From: a phage
DNA length: 64,000 nucleotides
Direction: 5' to 3' (one strand)
Sequence record: PZ166176.1
In this document: one piece after another, positions 52,116-60,905 of the stretch
Position numbering within the stretch: position 1 is the stretch's first letter
How the letters are laid out: every line of letters starts with the position of its first letter
Program-made: the position numbers and the translations under genes
The notes under the pieces: generated by a model
Told to the model about the DNA's origin: nothing
The model's database searches: none
The model's input: the letters and a program-made list of their open reading frames with translations, nothing else

Positions 52116-52724
52116 TTAGTTTTTAAAATTGTTCAAAGTGTTAAAAACATCCAAACATGTTAGCCACTGATCTTCTAAACCTGTGATCACAACATTTGGT
52201 TTTTTCTTTAGTTCTTCTAGATGGTTATCTTTATAAGGCGTATTAAAATATATTTTAACCACTTCATCTGGAAAATATAGTAGGTTATCAGCCCTGTCAT
52301 CTATTGCTATATCACAAGGCAATAAGTATTTTTCTTTCGTAGCAAAAAAGCCGTTACCAGATCCTTTGCTAAAATCAATCGTATCTAACGTTCTTAAAAC
52401 ATGCTTATGTTTAGAACTTAAGTGACCACCTTTTGTCACACTTGCGATCAAAAGATTGCTACCTTTCCTTGAAACATACTTTAAGAAATCTGGCATACCT
52501 GGAACAAAACCCATTGTATCATAGAGATGAGGATTATCCAGAAATCCGTAAGGATCTATATTGAACTCCTCCCTGAAACCAGGAAAGTAGTTGGTAAGAT
52601 CATAGTCTGCATTTTTTGTGAATGTGTCTATCTTAACACCAAGTCCACTAATCTTATTCAACCATTCTAACCAAGCAACATCTAATGGAGCCACAACTAA
52701 ATCCCAATCACATACTATCTGCAT
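52116..52724 (-). CDS. HAD-superfamily phosphatase, putative 5'(3')-deoxyribonucleotidase
   Basis: N-terminal VCDWDLV (DxDxV motif I), distal IDDR; context in a nucleotide-metabolism cluster. Confidence 0.45.
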   Translation of the reverse strand: MQIVCDWDLVVAPLDVAWLEWLNKISGLGVKIDTFTKNADYDLTNYFPGFREEFNIDPYGFLDNPHLYDTMGFVPGMPDFLKYVSRKGSNLLIASVTKGGHLSSKHKHVLRTLDTIDFSKGSGNGFFATKEKYLLPCDIAIDDRADNLLYFPDEVVKIYFNTPYKDNHLEELKKKPNVVITGLEDQWLTCLDVFNTLNNFKN

Positions 52725-52760
52725 AAAACCTCCTCTCTCTTTTAGTATAGTTATCTTATA

Positions 52761-53336
52761 CTAACTTTCAATTTCCTGCAATAGGATTTTGACTATTTGT
52801 TTACGGCGTTTTGCTACTGTGCTTTCAGGTTCTATTTTACGCTTCTTCAGCCACGCTTTATCTTTCTTAGCTCTACACAAAGCTATCGCTTCTTTTTCAG
52901 CTTTTGCTTCTTCAAAAGATATGCCTTGCTTGTCTGCATAAGCAAGAATAGAGTTGCACAATTTACAAACCATTCGCAAATCTTCTTCTTTCACATAGAT
53001 CAAACGGAAAACAAAAAGGGGAATATCCTCAAAACATTGAAGTTGTTTTGCTGCGTGAATATGATCCACTTGGAAGTCTTTCATTCCTCCTCTGTGTCCA
53101 CATATTTCGCACTCACAATTCCAAACTTGTTTTGGTTTTCCAGTTTTCTTGTCTATCATTACATTGCCGTCTTTATCTACACGATCAACTTTAAAACGCC
53201 TTGCATTGATAACCTTAATTTTATTAGGGTGTCTCATCCATGCTTTTCTAAAACATCCCCTAAGATAAGTATAAAATTCAGCTTGTGTTTTCCAGGGTGT
53301 TCCTTCACCCCACATTATTTTTGGTTCACCTGCCAA
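52761..53336 (-). CDS. HNH endonuclease (putative homing endonuclease)
   Basis: CECEICG...QVDHIHAAK...CKLCN arrangement typical of HNH; TTG start. Confidence 0.55.
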   Translation of the reverse strand: MAGEPKIMWGEGTPWKTQAEFYTYLRGCFRKAWMRHPNKIKVINARRFKVDRVDKDGNVMIDKKTGKPKQVWNCECEICGHRGGMKDFQVDHIHAAKQLQCFEDIPLFVFRLIYVKEEDLRMVCKLCNSILAYADKQGISFEEAKAEKEAIALCRAKKDKAWLKKRKIEPESTVAKRRKQIVKILLQEIES

Positions 53337-53382
53337 TATTGCTCACCTTTTTAGCTGTATATTCCCCTGGTGGGATATTATG

Positions 53383-53416
53383 TTTAAAAAACAAAAGGCG
53401 GTCTAACCCCGCCTTG
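53383..53416 (-). terminator. rho-independent terminator (minus strand)
   Basis: Minus strand: aaggcggggttagaccgcctt plus ttttgtttttt. Confidence 0.65.
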
Positions 53417-53503
53417 CACATTGTTTCTGGAATAGTCAAAGTTAGTAAAAGTTTATCACCTTTTCGGTTGAATATTTTATAAACTTCTCCTGCTCCATAT
53501 TGT

Positions 53504-53905
53504 TTAGTATTGCTCGCCACTAATACGTTCCTTAAGTTGTTTAATAGCTTCGATTGCATCTACATAAGAAGAGTTATACATGTGTTTCAGTGCTACTCGT
53601 ATTAAAGGATCTTTTGTGAAGAAATCAATAAGAAGCATAGCTTGATCATGTTTAGCTGCATTTGTCATAGATGGATAATTTTCACGAACCATATACGTGT
53701 TATTTTGCATAAGGGTTCTTTCTAGTTCAATACAATGAATAGCTTTATCTAGGTTAATCTGACGTTCACCTTTAATACGTGTTGCGTATTTTGCCAATTT
53801 GCAAAAACAAGGTGTGCCACCAACCAAATAAGCTAGTTCAATAGGTTGCATTGCCATTTTTGTGTAGTGATCACCGTCAACCTGATTATCAAAAGCATTA
53901 GACAT
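53504..53905 (-). CDS. conserved phage protein, DUF3310-like
   Basis: VDGDHY...QPIE near the N-terminus matches my recollection of the DUF3310 GxHY motif; unverified. Confidence 0.45.
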   Translation of the reverse strand: MSNAFDNQVDGDHYTKMAMQPIELAYLVGGTPCFCKLAKYATRIKGERQINLDKAIHCIELERTLMQNNTYMVRENYPSMTNAAKHDQAMLLIDFFTKDPLIRVALKHMYNSSYVDAIEAIKQLKERISGEQY

Positions 53906-54170
53906 AATTTTCCTCCTGAATTCCTACTGCACCTTCTTCTGGGTAGTCTGCATAATAAGCTACCCTACCTTGATAGATAATATCACCATCGTCATTATAA
54001 ATTGCTGTATCTTCTTGGATTGTTATTTCAACGTCAAGAAGATCTGGATCTTTATTGATGGTATAGTTCAAACCTAACATTTCAAACAGTTCGAAAATTT
54101 CGTTACCTGTTAATGTAATGCTCATATTTCCTCCTTTTATTGTGGTTAGCAGAGTATACACTAATATCAA
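53898..54170 (-). CDS. hypothetical protein (90 aa)
   Basis: SD aaaggagg; promoter upstream. Confidence 0.6.
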   Translation of the reverse strand: MILVYTLLTTIKGGNMSITLTGNEIFELFEMLGLNYTINKDPDLLDVEITIQEDTAIYNDDGDIIYQGRVAYYADYPEEGAVGIQEENYV

Positions 54171-54205
54171 ATTTTTGTCAATAAAAAAGGGAGCAATAAG
54201 CTCCC
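54153..54205 (-). promoter_or_regulatory. minus-strand terminator plus promoter unit
   Basis: Minus strand: gggagcttattgctccc plus ttttttatt, then TTGACA-N17-TATACT. Confidence 0.55.
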
Positions 54206-54211
54206 TGATTA

Positions 54212-55171
54212 TTAGATTCCAATGATAGTTGCTGCTCGTTTATCCTTGGATCTGGTGTTTGCTCTACTACGTGACAAACCTCCGCAAGATTCACAACGAA
54301 TGATATCGAAAGAACTTACCGCAGTGTGGTATTGTTTACCAGTAACAACGTGAACGTGATCACTGCCACAACGAGAACAACGGACCTTCTCATCTGGGTA
54401 ATAAGCGGATAAGTTAGGATGCTGTGGAATCCACGGAAGGATTTTCATATATAAATCACGGAGTGAAACAACATCACCATCATTGTAAATCTGCATACGT
54501 TCAAAAGCATCACGATCACCTTCACAACATGCTTTCCATAAAGGGAACCCCTCGTTATCCAGTTTTTCACTTTCTGTTTCGAAATATGCTCCCATTTCTT
54601 TAAGGGAGTTGGAAGGAAGTGCAAATTGTTTCTTAGCTGCCTTCAATGTATCAACAACTACATAATTAGAAGGAGGAGCCATATCGTGATATGCAAATCG
54701 TTGGTTAATGTATGCACGGTCAAACTTATATCCGTTGTGTGCCACAACTACATCTGCCTCATTCAGAAGGTTCCAAAGATCTTGGCAAAGCTCCCAATCA
54801 TCTGTATGATCAATATCAAAAAGAGGATAAGAAGACAAGTTCTTACCTTCCACTTCACCAGTATACAGGTCAGCAGAAGAGTAAGATAACAAATAACCCC
54901 TACGAATTACTTGATCTGGAGAAATGAAGGCTTTGAATCGACGGAAAGTATATGCAATCTCTGGTGCAGTTTCAACATCAATAATTTTAATAACTGGTTG
55001 TTTCTTTTTAACTGGCTCTTGTTTACTTGCTCCAAATCGTGCAAGGAAATCGTTCACTGTGCTTTTTCTTGTTGGACTACCTAAAACAATTGCTGCAATA
55101 TTACGAGAAGACATACCCTCTGCACTCATACTAAGGATATCTGCTTTCTGCTCTTCTGTTAATCTGCTCAC
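54212..55171 (-). CDS. DEDD-family 3'-5' exonuclease with N-terminal HTH and C-terminal zinc ribbon
   Basis: IIDVETAPE, AHNGYKFD, YNDGDVVSL (DEDDh-like); N-terminal LSMSAEGMSSRNIAAIV helix-turn-helix; CSRCG...CESCGG. Confidence 0.6.
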   Translation of the reverse strand: MSRLTEEQKADILSMSAEGMSSRNIAAIVLGSPTRKSTVNDFLARFGASKQEPVKKKQPVIKIIDVETAPEIAYTFRRFKAFISPDQVIRRGYLLSYSSADLYTGEVEGKNLSSYPLFDIDHTDDWELCQDLWNLLNEADVVVAHNGYKFDRAYINQRFAYHDMAPPSNYVVVDTLKAAKKQFALPSNSLKEMGAYFETESEKLDNEGFPLWKACCEGDRDAFERMQIYNDGDVVSLRDLYMKILPWIPQHPNLSAYYPDEKVRCSRCGSDHVHVVTGKQYHTAVSSFDIIRCESCGGLSRSRANTRSKDKRAATIIGI

Positions 55172-56283
55172 TCTGCCTCCTGTTGTGAGATGTATGATTG
55201 AAGCATACTCTCAAATGTTGTATCGTCATTATCCCAGCGTTTCATGTATACCAACTGGAAAATTGTTTCTATCCATTCATCTGTTGTCATATGGACTTCT
55301 TCTCCATCCCAAGAAGTAAAATTAACACCATCTGGGAACCACGAGTAGTAAGTATCTTTAACTGTTTGGAAAAGTTCTGCTTGAGTTTTACAAGCTGAAA
55401 GAAGATTAAAACAAGTAATATCTCCGAACTTAATATCAAAATCTTGATAAGGTCGGATACTATCTGTTTTATCTCCCATTAGCATCTGATATGCTAACCA
55501 GTAACTGCCCCAACCTTTAACTTCTTTCTTTTTACCTTTATCTACAATCCATATATCGCCAATAGACTCGTCAATAAGAATTATATCTGGATTTTTAAAT
55601 ACTCCATCCTCTTTGTAGAAATTAAAAAGGATACTAGGAGTATGTAAACTATCTTTATCTATAGACACTACGATATAAGAAAATTTACCCGTCCTTTTAT
55701 AATCTTTATAACCTTGGAAACCATACTTCTCTAACTCATCGTCAGCCTCTATTACAGTAACAACATCACCATTGTGGAACTCCACAAGATAATCTTTGGT
55801 TTCTGAAAGCTGAAGTGGTTTGATATCTAATCGTTCAGATTTATATTCTACAGGCATTTTGAAGGCGTGTCTGAAAGTTTTTCCTACGCCAATAACTCCG
55901 CAATATTTTTCTAAACGTAGATGTTTTAGAATACCTAAGACTTTTGTTTTAGCTGCTTGGAAGGTGTGTCCGATATCTTCTGGCGGGTATTGCTTATCAA
56001 TGATTTCGAACTCTTCCTTTGTGAAGGGACGTTTGTTTTTGGAGGCTCTTTCTGCATTTGTATCTCCTAGCCAACCTCCAATTTTAGTCTTGCTTTTACC
56101 CCAAAACTCTGTCTTATTTTTAAATTCCTTTTGAGCACCTGAAGGGATGTGCTTCGCAATGATTGTTCTTTTCTCTAATGCAGACGCTGCTTGGAAAGCG
56201 ATCTGATCATAATCAATTGCAGCTATTGTTTCTTCGTTGACATATAAATGAAGATCTTCAGGTTTAATTAAAATATAACCGCT
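55168..56283 (-). CDS. rnh: T4 RNase H-like 5'-3' exonuclease (FEN family), start codon unresolved
   Basis: Frame is open from 56298; upstream part TIAAIDYDQIAFQAASAL parallels T4 RNase H ICLIDFSQIALSTAL; EADDELEKYG and LMGDKTDSI match FEN motifs; no ATG/GTG/TTG before 55857. Confidence 0.6.
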   Translation of the reverse strand, partial: SGYILIKPEDLHLYVNEETIAAIDYDQIAFQAASALEKRTIIAKHIPSGAQKEFKNKTEFWGKSKTKIGGWLGDTNAERASKNKRPFTKEEFEIIDKQYPPEDIGHTFQAAKTKVLGILKHLRLEKYCGVIGVGKTFRHAFKMPVEYKSERLDIKPLQLSETKDYLVEFHNGDVVTVIEADDELEKYGFQGYKDYKRTGKFSYIVVSIDKDSLHTPSILFNFYKEDGVFKNPDIILIDESIGDIWIVDKGKKKEVKGWGSYWLAYQMLMGDKTDSIRPYQDFDIKFGDITCFNLLSACKTQAELFQTVKDTYYSWFPDGVNFTSWDGEEVHMTTDEWIETIFQLVYMKRWDNDDTTFESMLQSYISQQEAE

Positions 56284-56298
56284 AATATTTCCCCCTAA

Positions 56299-56508
56299 TT
56301 ATTCATCGTCATCCTCTGTTGAGAATGTTTTAGTATACGGACATTGACGACTTTTCGGGATTGCTATAACTTCATCTTGGTTAGCGTTAGAATAGTAGCA
56401 ATATTTTGTGTTGCCATTAACTTCAGAATCAGACAAGATTAAAGTAATTTGACCTGCTGCTACTGTGAAACTAAAAGCTAAAAGAACGACTGTCAGAATC
56501 TTTTTCAT
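56299..56508 (-). CDS. small secreted protein with signal peptide (69 aa)
   Basis: MKKILTVVLLAFSFTVAAG signal-peptide-like; acidic C-terminus. Confidence 0.6.
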   Translation of the reverse strand: MKKILTVVLLAFSFTVAAGQITLILSDSEVNGNTKYCYYSNANQDEVIAIPKSRQCPYTKTFSTEDDDE

Positions 56509-56518
56509 AACGCCTCCT

Positions 56519-56548
56519 AAAAAGCCTACCTCATTAAGTAGGTAGGCA
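56519..56548 (-). terminator. rho-independent terminator (minus strand)
   Basis: Minus strand: gcctacctacttaatgaggtaggc plus ttttt. Confidence 0.6.
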
Positions 56549-56580
56549 TAATATCATAACTAATCCCGCAAGTCAAGAAC

Positions 56581-57459
56581 TTATTTAAGGATTGTTGCTT
56601 TGGTTAAATCTTCCATCAGACCTCGAATCTCATTGAAGCACAGAAGGACTGAAGCTTCAATACTACCTTCTTCGTCTGCAAAATATTTCGGAAAACGTAG
56701 TTTAGAAAGTTTAAACTCTTTATCCACTACAAAATCTACAACACCATCATATTCAAGACCGATTGCAACCACATCTTTACCATCTTCTTTTAGTTCGACA
56801 GCTTTAGACTCGTATAGGGATTCTTTACTCCAAACAACAACGCCCTCGCTATCCTCCATTTTGATATAATTTCCGAGAGTAATACGATCTGCTTCGTGAT
56901 TCTCCAGCAATTCACCAAAACCTTTTACAATAGCTTCTTCGTGCACACTAAAACCTACCGAAGGGAAAGTCCCCAGAACGGAACGGAGGAAAGAAGTAAT
57001 CTCTTCTGCAACCTTTTTACTTCCATTAAGAACATAAAGAAGATTCGTAGTTTTATCTAAGACAACATAGTTAAAGAAATCTTCAGGTTCTGTTTCAGGC
57101 AATAGTGCAAATTCAATATCTTCCTTCATTGCTTTGACTACTTCTTTATCGACATAAAACTCTTTACCTTCGCTCTCCATGTCCTGACGCATTTCTTCTA
57201 GACGTTCATTCAGAATACGTTTAACTTTCTTTTTATCTACCTTCTTCACAGATTGACCTACATTAAGTAGTTCAAGATCTGAAAACTCTTTTACAAATTT
57301 AGAGTCATCTTCGAAACGAACAAGACCGATAGTATGTGACTGGGAGCCTTCTGCTGTTACAAATTCCAGAGGAATATCTGTAATGCTGTTAAGGGATGCT
57401 ACAGAAGCATTGTCACCAACAACCATAGGCAGAGCGGATTTAAAAGATTTTACAAACAT
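56581..57459 (-). CDS. hypothetical protein, possibly RdgC-like (292 aa)
   Basis: Size and N-terminus loosely resemble RdgC; weak. Confidence 0.55.
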   Translation of the reverse strand: MFVKSFKSALPMVVGDNASVASLNSITDIPLEFVTAEGSQSHTIGLVRFEDDSKFVKEFSDLELLNVGQSVKKVDKKKVKRILNERLEEMRQDMESEGKEFYVDKEVVKAMKEDIEFALLPETEPEDFFNYVVLDKTTNLLYVLNGSKKVAEEITSFLRSVLGTFPSVGFSVHEEAIVKGFGELLENHEADRITLGNYIKMEDSEGVVVWSKESLYESKAVELKEDGKDVVAIGLEYDGVVDFVVDKEFKLSKLRFPKYFADEEGSIEASVLLCFNEIRGLMEDLTKATILK

Positions 57460-57515
57460 GTTTCCTCCTATTTAATACATCTCACATTACCGCCCGTAAA
57501 GGGCGGCTTACAACA

Positions 57516-58241
57516 TTACTTATTAATAATACCTGCAATATTAGGTTTGACAAAGGTCGATGGTTTCATGATCTTACCTTTATCATCAAAGAACACATAC
57601 ACTTTCTGTTTTTCATTATAAACAGCATGAACACCAGTGTATGCCCCTTCTGGACGATTGGCATTTCGTTCTTCAATTGCAGCGCATTCTTGTGCAATGG
57701 CTGAATCGATATCTGAAGTTTTCCAAGTTTTCAGCAACTGTTGTTTAGTTGGATACTTGGAATCATTACTTTTCAATACCTCTTTAATAACTTTCTTTTC
57801 TGGATATTTTGAACGGATTAGAGTGTCACGAGACATACGCATAATACCAGCAGCCATTAGTGCCATTTGAACTGGCTCTGTAAATGTTTGTTCCAAAGCA
57901 TCAAAATCAGTATATACAGTTGGAGTAAAAACATCGCCTACAGCATAGTCCAAGAAATTCATCGTATGTTCTTCACCAAAGAACATGTAAGTAAGATAAC
58001 TGGATACTACAAAAATATCCGCTGCTGCATCCAAGAGTTCTACATGATCGTTTACTTTCGCGGCTGTTTCATACTCTTTAAGCTCTTCACGAACGAACCC
58101 GATTTGGGACATAAATAGCTCTTGAGTGAATTCAGGTTGTTCACCACCTCGTGCTTTGGCATTCCAATCAATCACGTGCTTTGCTGCATTTTTGAAAAAT
58201 TCAGTATCGAATTTAATATCTTTAAAAAAATTCTCGATCAT
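57516..58241 (-). CDS. protein with MazG/HisE-like NTP pyrophosphohydrolase N-terminal domain
   Basis: REELKEYETA and VELLDAAADIFVV resemble the paired-glutamate helices of all-alpha NTP-PPases; weak. Confidence 0.4.
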   Translation of the reverse strand: MIENFFKDIKFDTEFFKNAAKHVIDWNAKARGGEQPEFTQELFMSQIGFVREELKEYETAAKVNDHVELLDAAADIFVVSSYLTYMFFGEEHTMNFLDYAVGDVFTPTVYTDFDALEQTFTEPVQMALMAAGIMRMSRDTLIRSKYPEKKVIKEVLKSNDSKYPTKQQLLKTWKTSDIDSAIAQECAAIEERNANRPEGAYTGVHAVYNEKQKVYVFFDDKGKIMKPSTFVKPNIAGIINK

Positions 58242-58250
58242 TATAACTCC

Positions 58251-58433
58251 TTATTTAAAATAGCTTTCTAGAAAGTTGCTAATATTTACTACAGTCTCAC
58301 CCATGTAAATTCCTGCGAAACCGAAAACAAGCATACGTGGAATATTGAAATACCATTTATCCGCCGGAAAAGATGCCAGAATTACAATAGCAATGGCTAT
58401 CAACATCATAAGAATTGTTGCTAAAATTATCAT
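58251..58433 (-). CDS. small membrane protein (60 aa)
   Basis: MIILATILMMLIAIAIVILASF...; SD ggagg; abuts the upstream ORF. Confidence 0.5.
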   Translation of the reverse strand: MIILATILMMLIAIAIVILASFPADKWYFNIPRMLVFGFAGIYMGETVVNISNFLESYFK

Positions 58434-58624
58434 AAAAATGCCTCCAGGTATTTTGCACAATGATAAGCTAAGAAACAAGAAACTACCGCATACCCAACTC
58501 CAGACATACATGAATCAATCGCAATACATACGGTTCTTTTCTTTGAATTCTTAGGAAAGCTTTCCGAAGCATTCATACAATAAAAAGAAAGCACACTGAA
58601 AACGATTAAAATGGCTAAGAACAT
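58430..58624 (-). CDS. small membrane protein (64 aa)
   Basis: MFLAILIVFSVLSFY...; SD taaggagg. Confidence 0.55.
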   Translation of the reverse strand: MFLAILIVFSVLSFYCMNASESFPKNSKKRTVCIAIDSCMSGVGYAVVSCFLAYHCAKYLEAFL

Positions 58625-58633
58625 TTTTCCTCC

Positions 58634-59761
58634 TTATTCTGCTGGTTCCCAAGTGCCTGGGATCATTTCTCGAATACGAACACCAACAGGTTTTGTTGGA
58701 ATACCTTCATCTGAAAATTCTTCATACTCTATTTCAACAAACTGGTTAATCAAGGTAGAAGCATTCTCTGCTTTACGATAATTGATAGTCTCATGAGCAT
58801 CTTTACGCATTAAGAATTCGACTACTTTACCATTTTCCATCTCACCTGTCAACACTCCATCGCCATTTTTATCACTTTTTGAATTTGTTACTTTAACTTC
58901 AAGGGTATGGCGAGGCTTACGTTTAATAACGTCATAAGAACGTTTATCAAATTCGTAAACTCCGTGAGCATTACGATATACTACACCTTCAGCTTTCTCA
59001 AGTAAAGCTTTTTCATAGAAAGCATCAAACTGTTCTTGGTTTTCAATAAACTCTGTATGAACTACACAAATAAGCTCGTCAAGACCATAATCTTCAACTA
59101 CTGCCTTAAGAGCAGCAAGAACATCAACACGTTTTTCAAACGGTAGATCTGGAACTGGAATATCGTATACGTAATAGTTCAGCAAAGGTGTATTTGCATT
59201 ATGCTTCTTCCAGGCACTGTTAATTTGTTGTAGACTAAGGACACCTAACCCAGCAAACACTTCACCATCAAGAGGATGACCAACAACTTCACTAATAAAG
59301 TTTGGAATACCTTTCCAATGAGGTGGCAGGTTGTACACTTCCCCAGCTTTTGATAAACACTCCCCTTTCATGTTAATCATAGAACGCAACCCGTTCAGTT
59401 TGTACTGTGCATAACCAGGGAACACAACCCTTTCAGGATAATCTTTATAATCCTGGCATTTCATTGGTGTGGAAGGAACATGGTTTTCAGCTTCTTCTTT
59501 TGTTTTATAATAGCCATTCTTTAACTGTTTTGTCCATTTGGCAAAAGCTTCAAGTTCAGCTTGTTCTTCCGGTGTTGTTTCATTGGAACGACCAATGTTT
59601 TTTGCTTCTGCTGTATAAGATTTTTCTGTGATTTTTCCACCTACTCTTCCATGAGCTACAGTAACAACTGCACCATCTGTATACACTGTCCACTGTTTAA
59701 GTTTTCCTTTTGAATCTTTACCATACAGCGTTTGATTTGTTTGTTGCATTAGTCCTCCCAT
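58634..59761 (-). CDS. ATP-dependent nucleic-acid ligase (DNA/RNA ligase superfamily)
   Basis: Motif I KLNGLR (KxNGxR variant), motif III LDGEVF, motif IV EGVVYR, motif V DVIKRK. Confidence 0.6.
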   Translation of the reverse strand: MGGLMQQTNQTLYGKDSKGKLKQWTVYTDGAVVTVAHGRVGGKITEKSYTAEAKNIGRSNETTPEEQAELEAFAKWTKQLKNGYYKTKEEAENHVPSTPMKCQDYKDYPERVVFPGYAQYKLNGLRSMINMKGECLSKAGEVYNLPPHWKGIPNFISEVVGHPLDGEVFAGLGVLSLQQINSAWKKHNANTPLLNYYVYDIPVPDLPFEKRVDVLAALKAVVEDYGLDELICVVHTEFIENQEQFDAFYEKALLEKAEGVVYRNAHGVYEFDKRSYDVIKRKPRHTLEVKVTNSKSDKNGDGVLTGEMENGKVVEFLMRKDAHETINYRKAENASTLINQFVEIEYEEFSDEGIPTKPVGVRIREMIPGTWEPAE

Positions 59762-59970
59762 TTAAAAACTGAAATTTTCAATCTGTTACACACTTCATCC
59801 AAATCTGCGTCGAGTAACGTTGTAGATGTTGCCAACATGTAATCAATGCTTGTGAAACCTTGCCCTTTGGCATAGTCAAACATATCTTCATACATATCTT
59901 CAAGATCACCGTCATCAAAAGTAGCTAGAAAATCCTCGTCTCCGCTACGAACATAAAATGCAGTACTCAT
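59749..59970 (-). CDS. hypothetical acidic protein (73 aa)
   Basis: ORF. Confidence 0.55.
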   Translation of the reverse strand: MSTAFYVRSGDEDFLATFDDGDLEDMYEDMFDYAKGQGFTSIDYMLATSTTLLDADLDEVCNRLKISVFKWED

Positions 59971-60155
59971 TCTTCTTCATCCCAAGATTCAAAAGCACAA
60001 CAATCATCGGTTTCTATAATACCAACACGTCCGCAGGTATTGCAAGTGATTTTATCCCCGTAGAATAAATAATTTTTATCACCCTCTGTGTTTACAGTTA
60101 TGTCATTACTACCACAAGGGCAAGTCAGCCAACCAACAACGATATCTTTTTTCAT
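59967..60155 (-). CDS. zinc-ribbon small protein (62 aa)
   Basis: CPCG...CNTCG. Confidence 0.55.
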   Translation of the reverse strand: MKKDIVVGWLTCPCGSNDITVNTEGDKNYLFYGDKITCNTCGRVGIIETDDCCAFESWDEEE

Positions 60156-60164
60156 AATCCCTCC

Positions 60165-60491
60165 TTAAGCGTTAAGTTCGTTGTTGAGTTCGTAAATCTC
60201 TTCTTGAAGAGCATCAATCTCTTCCTCCAAACGGGAGATCTCTTCTTTTAGATATACCATTTCGGATTCTTTCTCTTCTAATTCATTTTCAAATTTTACT
60301 TTATTAGCCTCATTTTCATAATTCAGTTCAGCGTAATCATCACGCATTTGTTCAATAAGATGAATCAGAGACAAGATGTAATTGTCTCCCGTTTCATCAC
60401 GCCACTCTTCACCGTGACGGAGAACGGTAATTCGTCCAGTATCTTCATCTAAAATTGTCTCATATTTACGATCATCTGTATAAATCTGCAT
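60165..60491 (-). CDS. coiled-coil protein (108 aa)
   Basis: C-terminal heptad-like EEISRLEEEIDALQEEIYELNNEL. Confidence 0.6.
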   Translation of the reverse strand: MQIYTDDRKYETILDEDTGRITVLRHGEEWRDETGDNYILSLIHLIEQMRDDYAELNYENEANKVKFENELEEKESEMVYLKEEISRLEEEIDALQEEIYELNNELNA

Positions 60492-60500
60492 TATTTCTCC

Positions 60501-60905
60501 TTATTGAAGTTTAAGTGAACCACGAAGACGTTTCTCTTGCTGATCACGGATATATTGTGGAACCTCGTGAATTGAATCATTACCGTGCCTATTTTCAACA
60601 ACTAAAGAGATAACTTGATAACCAAACTCTTCAGCAAGAGCTAAATAAGGTTTAAGTTCTTTCTCTGTGGTTGAAGTATTAGAAACAATAATCTTGTTAA
60701 GATTAGATGCCATAGCATCACGAACAATACCCTGACACCATGCGTGTGCTTTACCTACATTTTCTGGCTTCCAATCGTAAACACCACTCTCTGTGTAATG
60801 ATATTGATCTGCCTCACAGATAGGCCAATAACCTTCAGAAATAATTTCTGCTACTGTAGATTTACCAGCACCTGAAACGCCACGTAAAATGATAAGTTGT
60901 TTCAT
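60501..60905 (-). CDS. P-loop kinase, putative polynucleotide 5'-kinase
   Basis: Walker A GVSGAGKST at the N-terminus; small size like the Pnk kinase domain; adjacent to ligase and phosphoesterase. Confidence 0.6.
   Translation of the reverse strand: MKQLIILRGVSGAGKSTVAEIISEGYWPICEADQYHYTESGVYDWKPENVGKAHAWCQGIVRDAMASNLNKIIVSNTSTTEKELKPYLALAEEFGYQVISLVVENRHGNDSIHEVPQYIRDQQEKRLRGSLKLQ

Noticed and set aside
53326-53559. 77-aa minus-strand ORF between the HNH gene and the DUF3310-like gene
   Set aside because: It has no SD, overlaps the 3' end of the upstream gene by 56 nt and contains a clear terminator (53383-53416); treated as spurious.
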